DNA of 64,000 nucleotides from an uncultured Candidatus Berkelbacteria bacterium. Lineage in GTDB: Bacteria; Patescibacteriota; UBA1384; UBA12157; JAENIV01. The notes beneath the pieces were generated by a model. That model was given only the letters and a program-made list of their open reading frames with translations, searched no databases and was not told the origin of the DNA. Where the stretch lies: positions 798,131 through 862,130 of the forward strand of contig OY969116.1 of assembly GCA_963698075.1 (NCBI GenBank), given 5' to 3'. Positions 38,870-47,170 of this stretch are shown here, piece after piece. The translations under genes and the position numbers were made by a program. Numbering within the stretch: position 1 is the stretch's first letter; the number at the start of each line of letters is the position of its first letter.

Positions 38870-39139
38870 ATGGAGCGATTCGTCAAGATTGTTATTGAAG
38901 GCGAAACCACTGATAACCTGTGGTCCCAGATCGACTCAATCGATGGTATCCAGATGGTTGAGCGCATCCGTACTTCCTCCCAGGCAGTAGCGTTTTACCG
39001 TATCGAGGCCAGCAAGTTTGACTGTGCCTCAGAGAGATTGAGGACCTATGGGGAGATTTCTGAACTGGACGCCGACGAGCAGAAAAGGTTGTTGGTAAGA
39101 TACAATACCATGCAGCGAATTGCAGCTGCAAGGCTATAG
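38870..39139 (+). CDS. hypothetical protein (GC-richer mini-island)
   Basis: Own TTGATT-17-TAGAAT promoter, CAGGAGA RBS and a terminator hairpin at ~39165-39195. Confidence 0.3.
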   Translation: MERFVKIVIEGETTDNLWSQIDSIDGIQMVERIRTSSQAVAFYRIEASKFDCASERLRTYGEISELDADEQKRLLVRYNTMQRIAAARL

Positions 39140-39268
39140 TTCTCCAACCAGAGCATTAAACAAAGGATTCTGGCCGACACCAGAGTCCTTTTCAAAATCA
39201 TAACTCGGGACCAAGGCGATGTGATAAAAACTCTTGCTAGAATTACTTCTACGTGCTAAAATCGAATC

Positions 39269-40975
39269 ATGGAATCTCAAGAAAAATTGGAAATTTTAAG
39301 GCATTCCTGCGCTCATTTATTGGCGGCGGCCATTCACGAAATTTATTCTGGCGCCAAATTTGCGATTGGGCCTTCAATCGAAAATGGTTTTTATTATGAT
39401 TTCGGTTTGCCAAAAACTTTAACCCCTGAAGATCTAAAAAAAATCGAAGCCAAAATGCATGAGCTTTCCAAAAAGGACTTGCCGTTTGAAAAATCGGAAT
39501 TGTCTAAAAAAGAGGCGATTGATAAAGAGAAAAAAGCCAAGCAAAACTACAAAGTTGAACTCATAAACGATATTCCCGATGAAAAAGTCATCTACTTTAC
39601 GACGGGTGATTTTGTTGATCTCTGTCGTGGTCCGCATGTAAAGTCCACTGGCGAGATTGGACATTTCAAGCTTTTAAATATTGCCGGTGCCTATTGGCGG
39701 GGCGATGAGAGAAACCCGATGCTTCAAAGAATCTACGGTACCTGTTGGGAAAGCGAAAAAGATTTAGAAAAGTACCTTGAAATGCTTGAACAGGCAAAGC
39801 TCCGTGACCACCGAAAGATCGGCCAGGATTTGGATTTGTTCTCTTTTCATCCCGAAGCCCCGGGGATGGTTTTCTGGCATCCCAAAGGCAAAGTGATTTT
39901 TGATTTATTGGTAGATTTTTCCCGCGAGAAATCAAAAAAATTTGGCTACCAAGAAGTTTTGACGCCCAACGTTTTAAACATCAATATTTGGAAGGTTTCT
40001 GGTCATTGGGATCATTACAAAGATGCGATGTACTTTGCCGGCGGCAATGAAGCAAAGGAGCAAAATTTTGGAATTCGTCCCATGGGTTGTCCTGGCTCGA
40101 TTTTAATTTACAAAACCAAAACTCATTCTTATAAAGATCTGCCGATTCGTTACTCTGAGTTTGATACTTTGATGCGTAAAGAACTTTCGGGGACTTTACA
40201 CGGATTGTTTAGGGTCCAACAGTTAACACAAGACGATGCTCATTTGTTTTTACGCGAGGATCAGATTCTTGAAGAGATCACTTCAGTTTTAAAACTGGTA
40301 GATGAAACTTATAAAGAATTAGGGCTTCGATACACGATTAATCTTTCCACCCGACCATCTGATTTTATGGGCAAAATCGAAACCTGGGAAAAAGCCGAAA
40401 AAGACTTAAAAGAGGCACTTAAGAAAAGTGGTTTTGAGTATAAAATCAAAGAGGGCGACGGAGCATTCTACGGTCCGAAAATTGATATTGATGTTCTGGA
40501 TGCTTTAGATCGAGCCTGGCAGTGTTCGACGATTCAGCTTGATTTTCAAATGCCGGAGAAATTTGATTTAGACTTTGTCGACGGAAAGAGGAAAAAGGTT
40601 CGGCCGGTGATGATTCATCGCGTGATTTTGGGTTCAATTGAAAGATTCACTGGCATTCTGCTTGAGCATTTTGGCGGCGCTTTACCGACTTGGCTTTCGC
40701 CGACCCAGGCCATTGTCCTGCCGGTTTCCGATAAGCACATTGAATATGCGAAAAAAGTAGCCGAAGACTTTAAGGGTTTCCGGGTAGCAGTTGACGAACG
40801 GAACGAATCGCTCGGTAAAAAAATCCGCGATGCCGAACTTCAAAAAGTCCCATTTATAATTGTGGTTGGCGATAAAGAGATAAGCGACAAAAATATCACC
40901 ATTAGAACGCGCGGCTCAAGGGACCTCAAAGTCTCTAATATCGAGAAATTAATTAAGCTCATAGGCGAAAAATAA
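39269..40975 (+). CDS. thrS: threonyl-tRNA synthetase (short form)
   Basis: Class II aaRS with ThrRS editing/catalytic motifs (HSCAHLLAAAI..., FRVQQLTQDDAH). Confidence 0.95.
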   Translation: MESQEKLEILRHSCAHLLAAAIHEIYSGAKFAIGPSIENGFYYDFGLPKTLTPEDLKKIEAKMHELSKKDLPFEKSELSKKEAIDKEKKAKQNYKVELINDIPDEKVIYFTTGDFVDLCRGPHVKSTGEIGHFKLLNIAGAYWRGDERNPMLQRIYGTCWESEKDLEKYLEMLEQAKLRDHRKIGQDLDLFSFHPEAPGMVFWHPKGKVIFDLLVDFSREKSKKFGYQEVLTPNVLNINIWKVSGHWDHYKDAMYFAGGNEAKEQNFGIRPMGCPGSILIYKTKTHSYKDLPIRYSEFDTLMRKELSGTLHGLFRVQQLTQDDAHLFLREDQILEEITSVLKLVDETYKELGLRYTINLSTRPSDFMGKIETWEKAEKDLKEALKKSGFEYKIKEGDGAFYGPKIDIDVLDALDRAWQCSTIQLDFQMPEKFDLDFVDGKRKKVRPVMIHRVILGSIERFTGILLEHFGGALPTWLSPTQAIVLPVSDKHIEYAKKVAEDFKGFRVAVDERNESLGKKIRDAELQKVPFIIVVGDKEISDKNITIRTRGSRDLKVSNIEKLIKLIGEK

Positions 40976-40981
40976 AAAACA

Positions 40982-41908
40982 TTGAAAATACTTAAGAATC
41001 TTTACGGTAAAGAAAAAAACGATGAGTATTTCAAGTTGCTTTTATCGGCCGGGGAAGGGTTTTTAGTAGAAACGTTGATTGGTAAATGTGTCGTTTCAAA
41101 AAAAGGACTTTTTCCTAAACTAAATCTCCCAGATAGTTCTTTAAGAAAAACACACGTGTTCTGTTGTGTTTCTACTCAAATTGGCTGCGTCAACACTTGT
41201 CGTTTTTGCAATAATCGAAAAAAGCGCTTCGTAAGAAATTTAAGTCTGTCAGAAATAAAACAAGAGGTAGATGAAGCTCAAAAAATCTCCCGAAAATTCT
41301 TTGGTCAGAGACTGGAGGAAATTCAATTCGGGGGGATTGGTGAGCCGCTTCTGAATTTGGAAAATGTTATCCGGACAATCGAAATCTTTCACAAGGAAGA
41401 CCAAAATGTCTTTTTTGGGTTTCCGACAACTGGCTTACCGCTAAAAAATTTTCAAAAATTGATTAGAAAATTTTCTGACAAACTCTTGCCAATTTACTTA
41501 CAGATCTCTTTGCACGCCTCAAATGATATTCTTAGGAAAAAAATAATGGGTGTGGGAAACATCCGTCAGATTATACAACTGGCCCAAGAATATTCGGAAA
41601 AGGTTAAATCTCCTGTTATTATTAACTACTTAATGATTCGACAAGTTAATGATCAAATCTGCTTTGCGGATGAGCTCATCCGTTTGTTAGACCAACATTC
41701 GTTAACAAATAAGGTGGTTGTCAAACTATCAATACCAAATGATACAAACACGAAATTTAGCTGTCCGTCGGATGAAAAAAGAATAGACGAATTTAAAGAA
41801 AGACTCGTATCGGCTGGAATTGATGTGGCTGTCTTCGTTAGCGGGGGGAAATCTGTGAAAGCCGGGTGCGGTCAACTTACGGTTTCCCATCAAAAAATCC
41901 AAAAATAA
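40982..41908 (+). CDS. RlmN/Cfr-family radical SAM RNA methyltransferase-like protein
   Basis: CVSTQIGCVNTCRFC cluster motif, GIGEPLLN, and C-terminal GGKSVKAGCGQL, which matches the RlmN second catalytic Cys. Confidence 0.7.
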   Translation: MKILKNLYGKEKNDEYFKLLLSAGEGFLVETLIGKCVVSKKGLFPKLNLPDSSLRKTHVFCCVSTQIGCVNTCRFCNNRKKRFVRNLSLSEIKQEVDEAQKISRKFFGQRLEEIQFGGIGEPLLNLENVIRTIEIFHKEDQNVFFGFPTTGLPLKNFQKLIRKFSDKLLPIYLQISLHASNDILRKKIMGVGNIRQIIQLAQEYSEKVKSPVIINYLMIRQVNDQICFADELIRLLDQHSLTNKVVVKLSIPNDTNTKFSCPSDEKRIDEFKERLVSAGIDVAVFVSGGKSVKAGCGQLTVSHQKIQK

Positions 41909-42010
41909 CAGCAAAAATTGTTTTTTTGTTCTAATTGTGTTTTAATGGATGTGCGAAACGTGTGCAGTGTCGTTCTGCCATGTTTTGTAGAACATTGAAA
42001 GGAGAAGGGC

Positions 42011-42067
42011 ATGAAGAGGTACGTACGCCCGACCATCAGGCGGATCGCCCGCATCACGACCACCTAG
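42011..42067 (+). CDS. candidate RiPP precursor peptide (18 aa, MKRYVRPTIRRIARITTT)
   Basis: AAAGGAGAAGGG RBS then ATG, located 5' of a PqqD-like RRE and an rSAM-SPASM gene; highly cationic, no Cys. Confidence 0.35.
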   Translation: MKRYVRPTIRRIARITTT

Positions 42068-42144
42068 GGGCGATTCGCCGGAAGCCGCACAAGAGGAGGA
42101 GGTTTACACAACTCCTCCTCTATTCGTAGTAAAGGAGAAAGGAA

Positions 42145-42390
42145 GTGTTGAAAACCGCCGAAGGAGTCAGATTCAGTCCCACGGAACCTCTGGTCTACCA
42201 CGATCAGGATTTGTTTGAGGCTAACGAAGTCACCTTGCGGATTCTCGATCTCTGTCAGCAGCCGCAGGACCAGGAGGATCTAGTCGCCCGGCTCGGTTGC
42301 GAATATCAGGTCGCCGAGAACGAATTGGCAGATGATGTTTCCGCTATCGTCTCCGACCTGGTTCAATGCGGCATTCTGGTGGAAGTGTGA
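42145..42390 (+). CDS. PqqD-family RiPP recognition element protein
   Basis: 81 aa with the PqqD pattern (EANEVTLRILDLC...QEDLVARL...DVSAIVSDLVQCGIL); GTG start with AAAGGAGAAAGG RBS. Confidence 0.65.
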   Translation: MLKTAEGVRFSPTEPLVYHDQDLFEANEVTLRILDLCQQPQDQEDLVARLGCEYQVAENELADDVSAIVSDLVQCGILVEV

Positions 42391-43292
42391 TGGCCAGCGT
42401 CTATCCCGTCACCGTCATGTGGAACTTCGGCTATCAGTGCAATATGAATTGCATCCACTGCTACTCAAGACAAGACGCCAGGGCAAACATCGAACACGAA
42501 ATGACACTGGTGCAGGCCGAGCACATTGCTGCCGAGATAATCGCCGCCAAAGCCGTCCATACCCATTTCGGAGGGGGTGAGTCCTTGATGAGACCAGACT
42601 TTGGTCCGATCGCTTCCTCACTGACGAGCACCGGCATTAACGTGAGTCTAAGTTCCAATGGGGCGTTTATCGATGAAAGCACAGCGAATCTCCTTCGAGT
42701 TATACCTCTCGATTTTGTTTCCTTGAGTTTTCACGGTATCAAAGCCGCAACGCACGACGCATTCACCCGTCATCCGGGTTCTTTCGACGGTTTGCTACGA
42801 GCGGCTACCATTCTCAAGGCGGCCGGCGTGAGGACGAAGATCGTTTTCTCGCTCCACGCTCGTAGCAGAGATGAGGCCCCCGGGGTCTTTGATCTGGCGC
42901 GAGAGTGCGGTGTTACCTTCGTGCAGTTTGCCTATGTCAAAGCCGTGGGAAACGCGGCCGAAAACCTCACAAGTTTGCAGTTGAGTCCTTCAGAATGGGT
43001 AGCTTTGTATTCGGCAATCCGCACCCAGGCCGAATCTTACCCTGATCTGAATATTCACTTTGGTCTAGACAACAATCCCATAATCGCAGGCTATGTGGGG
43101 CAAACCATTCTCCCATGTCCGTGCGGAAGATATTCGATCGCAATCAAGCCCAATGGGGATGTCTCCCCGTGCAATGTCGTTACTACCGTCGTGGGAAACG
43201 TCTATCGCCAATCCCTGCTCGATATTTGGCAAGAGGCACCGGAGCTTATCAAAATCCGCTCCGGGACGGCAAATCCCTGCGCCTCCTTTTAA
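42390..43292 (+). CDS. radical SAM enzyme with C-terminal SPASM/twitch domain (PqqE-like peptide maturase)
   Basis: CNMNCIHC cluster motif near the N-terminus and a C-terminal CPCG...SPC auxiliary-cluster Cys motif; 1-nt overlap with the PqqD-like gene. Confidence 0.8.
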   Translation: MASVYPVTVMWNFGYQCNMNCIHCYSRQDARANIEHEMTLVQAEHIAAEIIAAKAVHTHFGGGESLMRPDFGPIASSLTSTGINVSLSSNGAFIDESTANLLRVIPLDFVSLSFHGIKAATHDAFTRHPGSFDGLLRAATILKAAGVRTKIVFSLHARSRDEAPGVFDLARECGVTFVQFAYVKAVGNAAENLTSLQLSPSEWVALYSAIRTQAESYPDLNIHFGLDNNPIIAGYVGQTILPCPCGRYSIAIKPNGDVSPCNVVTTVVGNVYRQSLLDIWQEAPELIKIRSGTANPCASF

Positions 43293-43374
43293 CGAATCCG
43301 ATCCAGTAGAGGGAGTTCATACTCCCTTTTCGTTTATATAAAGAAGAATCCGTCCCGGAAGGGGACGGATGATG

Positions 43375-43716
43375 TTAGAACTCGAGCTCCGAAAGGTGGA
43401 ATTCTTGGACGGTGGAGAAGGCTCCAACCATCCAAACTCGAAGATTAGTGGTTGCGAATTCTCTTAGGATGACGCAGATTGCCTCTTCGATCTCGTCCTT
43501 GTTTGCTTGGGCGTTTGCCTCCCTGGTGTCGATATGAATCTGAGCGAAGAGGCCAGCGCTGTCGGAGAAGTGGGATGGGACGATCTCGACGAAAATCGGC
43601 TTGATCATCTCGGTAATGTTCAGAATCTCAGCGACTTTGCTCTGAATCTTATCTCGCAGAGCTTGCCGTTCATCTGGGCTGATGGTGTCAGGTATACCGT
43701 AAATGAGGATCAGCAT
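43375..43716 (-). CDS. tandem tautomerase-fold-like small protein, paralog B
   Basis: ~90% aa identity to 35030..35371, with matching promoter and terminator flanks. Confidence 0.35.
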   Translation of the reverse strand: MLILIYGIPDTISPDERQALRDKIQSKVAEILNITEMIKPIFVEIVPSHFSDSAGLFAQIHIDTREANAQANKDEIEEAICVILREFATTNLRVWMVGAFSTVQEFHLSELEF

Positions 43717-43817
43717 GCGATTCCTCCGCGCGGCGTTGTTAGAACTATTATGACACCTTTTAAATAAATGTCAACTGTTGACAAAATTTCTAGTTATTAT
43801 ACAATTAAAATACCAAA

Positions 43818-44040
43818 TTCAAAACCAATGACCAGGAGAATGGGCCTGCGAGGTGCAAGGTGAAAGCTTTAGCCAGTAGCCAATGCCGGGCGTTCCCGTG
43901 AAAGAACAAAGGTATGTCGGTTGAAAATACCGGAGTGCCTAAAAGAGGTCTCGCCTCGGCGGGGCAATGAAGGTGGTACCGCGGAAGAGAGGTCTTTCGT
44001 CCTTCTAAACTCATTTTAGAAAAACGAGAGACCTTTTTTC
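43818..44040 (+). promoter_or_regulatory. T-box riboswitch leader with intrinsic terminator
   Basis: Canonical T-box sequence AATGAAGGTGGTACCGCGG at 43966-43984, overlapping the 5' arm of the terminator GGTCTTTCG...CGAGAGACC-TTTTTT (43988-44040). GGTGAAAG distal-loop-like motif upstream. Confidence 0.65.
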
Positions 44041-44055
44041 ATTAGAAAGGGAAAA

Positions 44056-45153
44056 ATGGAATTTAAAGATTATACCTACAAAGAGCCAAAAATTAAAACC
44101 AATATTGATGAAATTTTAAAGACCAACCGTCATGAACAATTAATTTTCGGGTTTGATCAAAAAACCGGCATGAGGGTGGTTTTAGCCATTCATGATACAA
44201 CTTTGGGACCAAGTACTGGTGGCATCAGAATGGCAGACGTCAATGAAGAAGAGGCCATCGAAGAAGCCCTGCGTCTTTCTTACGCGATGACTTTTAAAAA
44301 TGCAATTATTGACGAACCATTTGGCGGCTCAAAAGCAGTCGTCATTGGTGATCCGGACAAAGATAAATCTAAAACATTACTCTATGCGATTGGTGATTTT
44401 ATTCAATCAATGCGGGGGGCTTTTTTAACCGGCGTTGATATGGGTTTGAGTTTAGATGATGCTAAGATTATTAGAGAACGGACTGAGTATATTTTTAATA
44501 GTAGGGGTTGTTCTGGGGTAACCACGGCTCACGGAGTTTATAAAGGCATAAAGCAATGTCTAAAAGAGGTTTATGGCAATGATAATTTAGAGGGTAAAAC
44601 AGTCGCTGTCCAGGGATTAGGTTATGTCGGCGGTACTTTGGTTAAGTTATTAAGCAAACACAAGGTCAATTTGATTGTGGCTGATACCGATCCGGAAGCT
44701 CGAAAAGAAATACAATCAAAATACAAAGTTACGGTGATTGACACCAAAAAAATCTATGATGCTCATTGTGATGTTTTTGCACCATGTGCCGTCGGGGAAA
44801 TTCTCAATGATGATACCATTCCAAGATTAAAGTGTAAGATCGTCGCTGGTGGTGCCAATAATCAATTGGAAGACGAGATCAAACATTCAAAAATGTTGAT
44901 GGAGGCGGGAATTTTACATGCTCCTGACTTTATTATTAATGCTGGTGGGGTTTGCCATGGTATGGCCGAGGTTAAAGGGCAAGATTTATCGGTGGCCATG
45001 AAAAAAACTGATTTAATACCAGGACTATTAGCCAAAGCTTTTAAATTAGCCAGACAAAACAAAATCCCTCCAATGATGGTTGCCTATAATATGGCAGCGG
45101 AGAAAATTCTAAAGAAAAAAGAAGATTATGGAAAAAATCGCCGAAAGAACTAA
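44056..45153 (+). CDS. Glu/Leu/Phe/Val-family amino-acid dehydrogenase (LeuDH-size)
   Basis: PSTGGIRMA and FGGSKAVVIG motifs; Rossmann GLGYVGG; 365 aa. Confidence 0.8.
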   Translation: MEFKDYTYKEPKIKTNIDEILKTNRHEQLIFGFDQKTGMRVVLAIHDTTLGPSTGGIRMADVNEEEAIEEALRLSYAMTFKNAIIDEPFGGSKAVVIGDPDKDKSKTLLYAIGDFIQSMRGAFLTGVDMGLSLDDAKIIRERTEYIFNSRGCSGVTTAHGVYKGIKQCLKEVYGNDNLEGKTVAVQGLGYVGGTLVKLLSKHKVNLIVADTDPEARKEIQSKYKVTVIDTKKIYDAHCDVFAPCAVGEILNDDTIPRLKCKIVAGGANNQLEDEIKHSKMLMEAGILHAPDFIINAGGVCHGMAEVKGQDLSVAMKKTDLIPGLLAKAFKLARQNKIPPMMVAYNMAAEKILKKKEDYGKNRRKN

Positions 45154-46231
45154 ACAAATTAATGTTTCAGGAATCAGAGAGGCCTTTAAATTGGCCGATC
45201 AAATTAAAGGCCCAATTGATTTAAGTATTGGTCAGCCAGATTTTGATGTCCCTGCTCTCGTGAAAAAAGAAGCCATAAAAAATATTAAATCTGGATTCAA
45301 TCATTATACAATGACGGCTGGAATATTAAAGCTAAGAAAGAAAATTGCTGAAAAATTGGCCAAAAGAAATTCGATTAAAGTTTCGTCTGATGAAGTTATT
45401 GTGACGTCCGGCACTTCGGGCGGAATTTACCTATCCTATTTGACCTTGCTTAATCCCGGCGATGAAGTAATAATCTTTGAGCCATACTTTGCAAGTTTCA
45501 AAGAATTAGCAGTTTTAGTTGGCGCCAAACCAAAATTTGTCAGCACTTTTCCTGACTTCCAGCCAAAAATCGATTTACTGAAAAAAAGCATCAGTTCAAA
45601 AACTAAAATCATTGTTCTTAATAGTCCAAATAACCCAACTGGAGCAGTCTATCCCGAAAAAACAATCCGCGAAATTGTCAAAATCGCTCAAGAAAATGGA
45701 ATATATATCCTTTCAGACGAAGTTTATGAAGACTTTATTTATGAAGGTAAACATTTTAGCCCAGCAAGTATTTATAACAAGGTGATTACTTTAAATGGCT
45801 TCTCTAAATCGGCCTCAATGACTGGTTGGAGAATTGGATACGCAACCGGCCCTCAAGAAATTATTGCCCAAATGGCAAAATTGCAACAATTTACTTATGT
45901 TTGCGCTCCTTCTTTTGCTCAAAAAGCGGCAATCAAAGCCATCGATCTTGATAATTCCAATAACATCAAAGCATATAAGATTAAAAGGAACATTATTTAT
46001 AATGGCTTAAAAGATCAATATAATATTGTTAAACCCCAAGGCGCCTTCTATGCTTTTGTCAAAACTCCTATTTCTGAAGACAAATTTTTTAAAAAATTAA
46101 TCAAAAATAAAGTGATTGTTGTTCCTGGGAGTGCGTTCTCTAAATCAAAAGAATACCTTAGAATCTCATTTGCCAACAGTAACGAAAACCTCAAAAAGGC
46201 AGTCCAAATTTTCAACAAACTGAGCGTTTGA
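45128..46231 (+). CDS. class I/II PLP-dependent aminotransferase
   Basis: SFSKSASMTGWRIGY PLP-lysine motif; AspAT-like N-terminus. Confidence 0.85.
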   Translation: MEKIAERTKQINVSGIREAFKLADQIKGPIDLSIGQPDFDVPALVKKEAIKNIKSGFNHYTMTAGILKLRKKIAEKLAKRNSIKVSSDEVIVTSGTSGGIYLSYLTLLNPGDEVIIFEPYFASFKELAVLVGAKPKFVSTFPDFQPKIDLLKKSISSKTKIIVLNSPNNPTGAVYPEKTIREIVKIAQENGIYILSDEVYEDFIYEGKHFSPASIYNKVITLNGFSKSASMTGWRIGYATGPQEIIAQMAKLQQFTYVCAPSFAQKAAIKAIDLDNSNNIKAYKIKRNIIYNGLKDQYNIVKPQGAFYAFVKTPISEDKFFKKLIKNKVIVVPGSAFSKSKEYLRISFANSNENLKKAVQIFNKLSV

Positions 46232-46333
46232 TTTAATGCACCGTTCGTTTTTATTTGACTTGACACAGAAATCTATGTACAATAATTTTAGGAATCAAAA
46301 AAGCGAGGGGATTTTTGTATAGAAAGGGGCCTT

Positions 46334-47146
46334 ATGCCAAAGGGGACAAAAGTTTTGCTAGTTGACGATGACAAGATGCTTGTTGAACTCTATAAAGAAC
46401 GATTGGAGCTGGCTGGTTATCAAGTGGAAATTTCCCGCGATGGCGAAGAAGGCTTGGCCAAGATTCATCAGGTCAAGCCGGATTTAGTCCTTTTAGACAT
46501 TATGATGCCTAAGGTCAATGGCTACGAAGCTTTGGCCTCAATTAAAAGTGATCCCGCCACCAAGAATACTCCTGTCATCATCCTTTCCGCGTTAATGCGC
46601 GATATCAATAAAAGCAAGGCCATTGAATCAGGCGCCGACGATTACATTATCAAATCTGAAGCCATGCCGGCCGATGTCATTAAAAAAATTGAAGCAGTTT
46701 TAAAGAAATACAATAAATCAGTTCCCACTACCCCCTCGACTACGCCGGAGGAGCCTGAAAAACCGACTGTTGTCGAACCCCCACCAACGCCAACCACTCC
46801 CGGGCCACCGCCAGCTCCAATCGAACCGCCCCCCGTCGTGACTCCTCCTGAACCACCCAAAACAGAATCACGGCCCCAAGAAATTCAATTTGAACCCTTC
46901 GACTCCCTCGACTCAACTCGGGATAAATCCGCTCAGGGCAAGCCTGCCATTGGCGGACCAGATCTCAGTGTCCCAGCCGCTCCCCAAGCCGTGCCTCCGA
47001 CTCCCATAACCAATCAACCAGCTACCAATACACCGGCCGTGGAAACAAAACCCTCAGCGGTTGTTGTTTTCTTTTTGATTCTCATCGTCATTTTAATTTT
47101 AGGAAGCGACCTCTTTTTCTATCTGAGATATATGGCGGTAAGATAA
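46334..47146 (+). CDS. receiver-domain protein with Pro/Thr-rich linker and C-terminal TM anchor
   Basis: N-terminal CheY-like receiver (LLVDDD...LLDIMMP...K), a PPTPTTPGPPP linker and a terminal hydrophobic helix. Confidence 0.7.
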   Translation: MPKGTKVLLVDDDKMLVELYKERLELAGYQVEISRDGEEGLAKIHQVKPDLVLLDIMMPKVNGYEALASIKSDPATKNTPVIILSALMRDINKSKAIESGADDYIIKSEAMPADVIKKIEAVLKKYNKSVPTTPSTTPEEPEKPTVVEPPPTPTTPGPPPAPIEPPPVVTPPEPPKTESRPQEIQFEPFDSLDSTRDKSAQGKPAIGGPDLSVPAAPQAVPPTPITNQPATNTPAVETKPSAVVVFFLILIVILILGSDLFFYLRYMAVR

Positions 47147-47170
47147 ATCCGATAATTTACAAGGAGCAAT

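Noticed and set aside
40982-41908. Radical SAM gene immediately upstream of the RiPP cassette, as a possible second maturase.
   Set aside because: It carries RlmN/Cfr hallmarks (CVSTQIGCVNTCRFC, GIGEPLLN, C-terminal GGKSVKAGCGQL) and backbone-like GC. It is most likely a housekeeping rRNA/tRNA methyltransferase.
41935-42129. 64-aa Cys-rich ORF (CFNGCAKRVQCRSAMFC…) overlapping the 18-aa precursor in another frame, which would be attractive as a sactipeptide- or ranthipeptide-type precursor.
   Set aside because: It needs a TTG start with no RBS, and its Cys residues are N-terminal in AT-rich promoter-like DNA. The 18-aa ORF has a strong SD. Kept only as an alternative in the RiPP finding.
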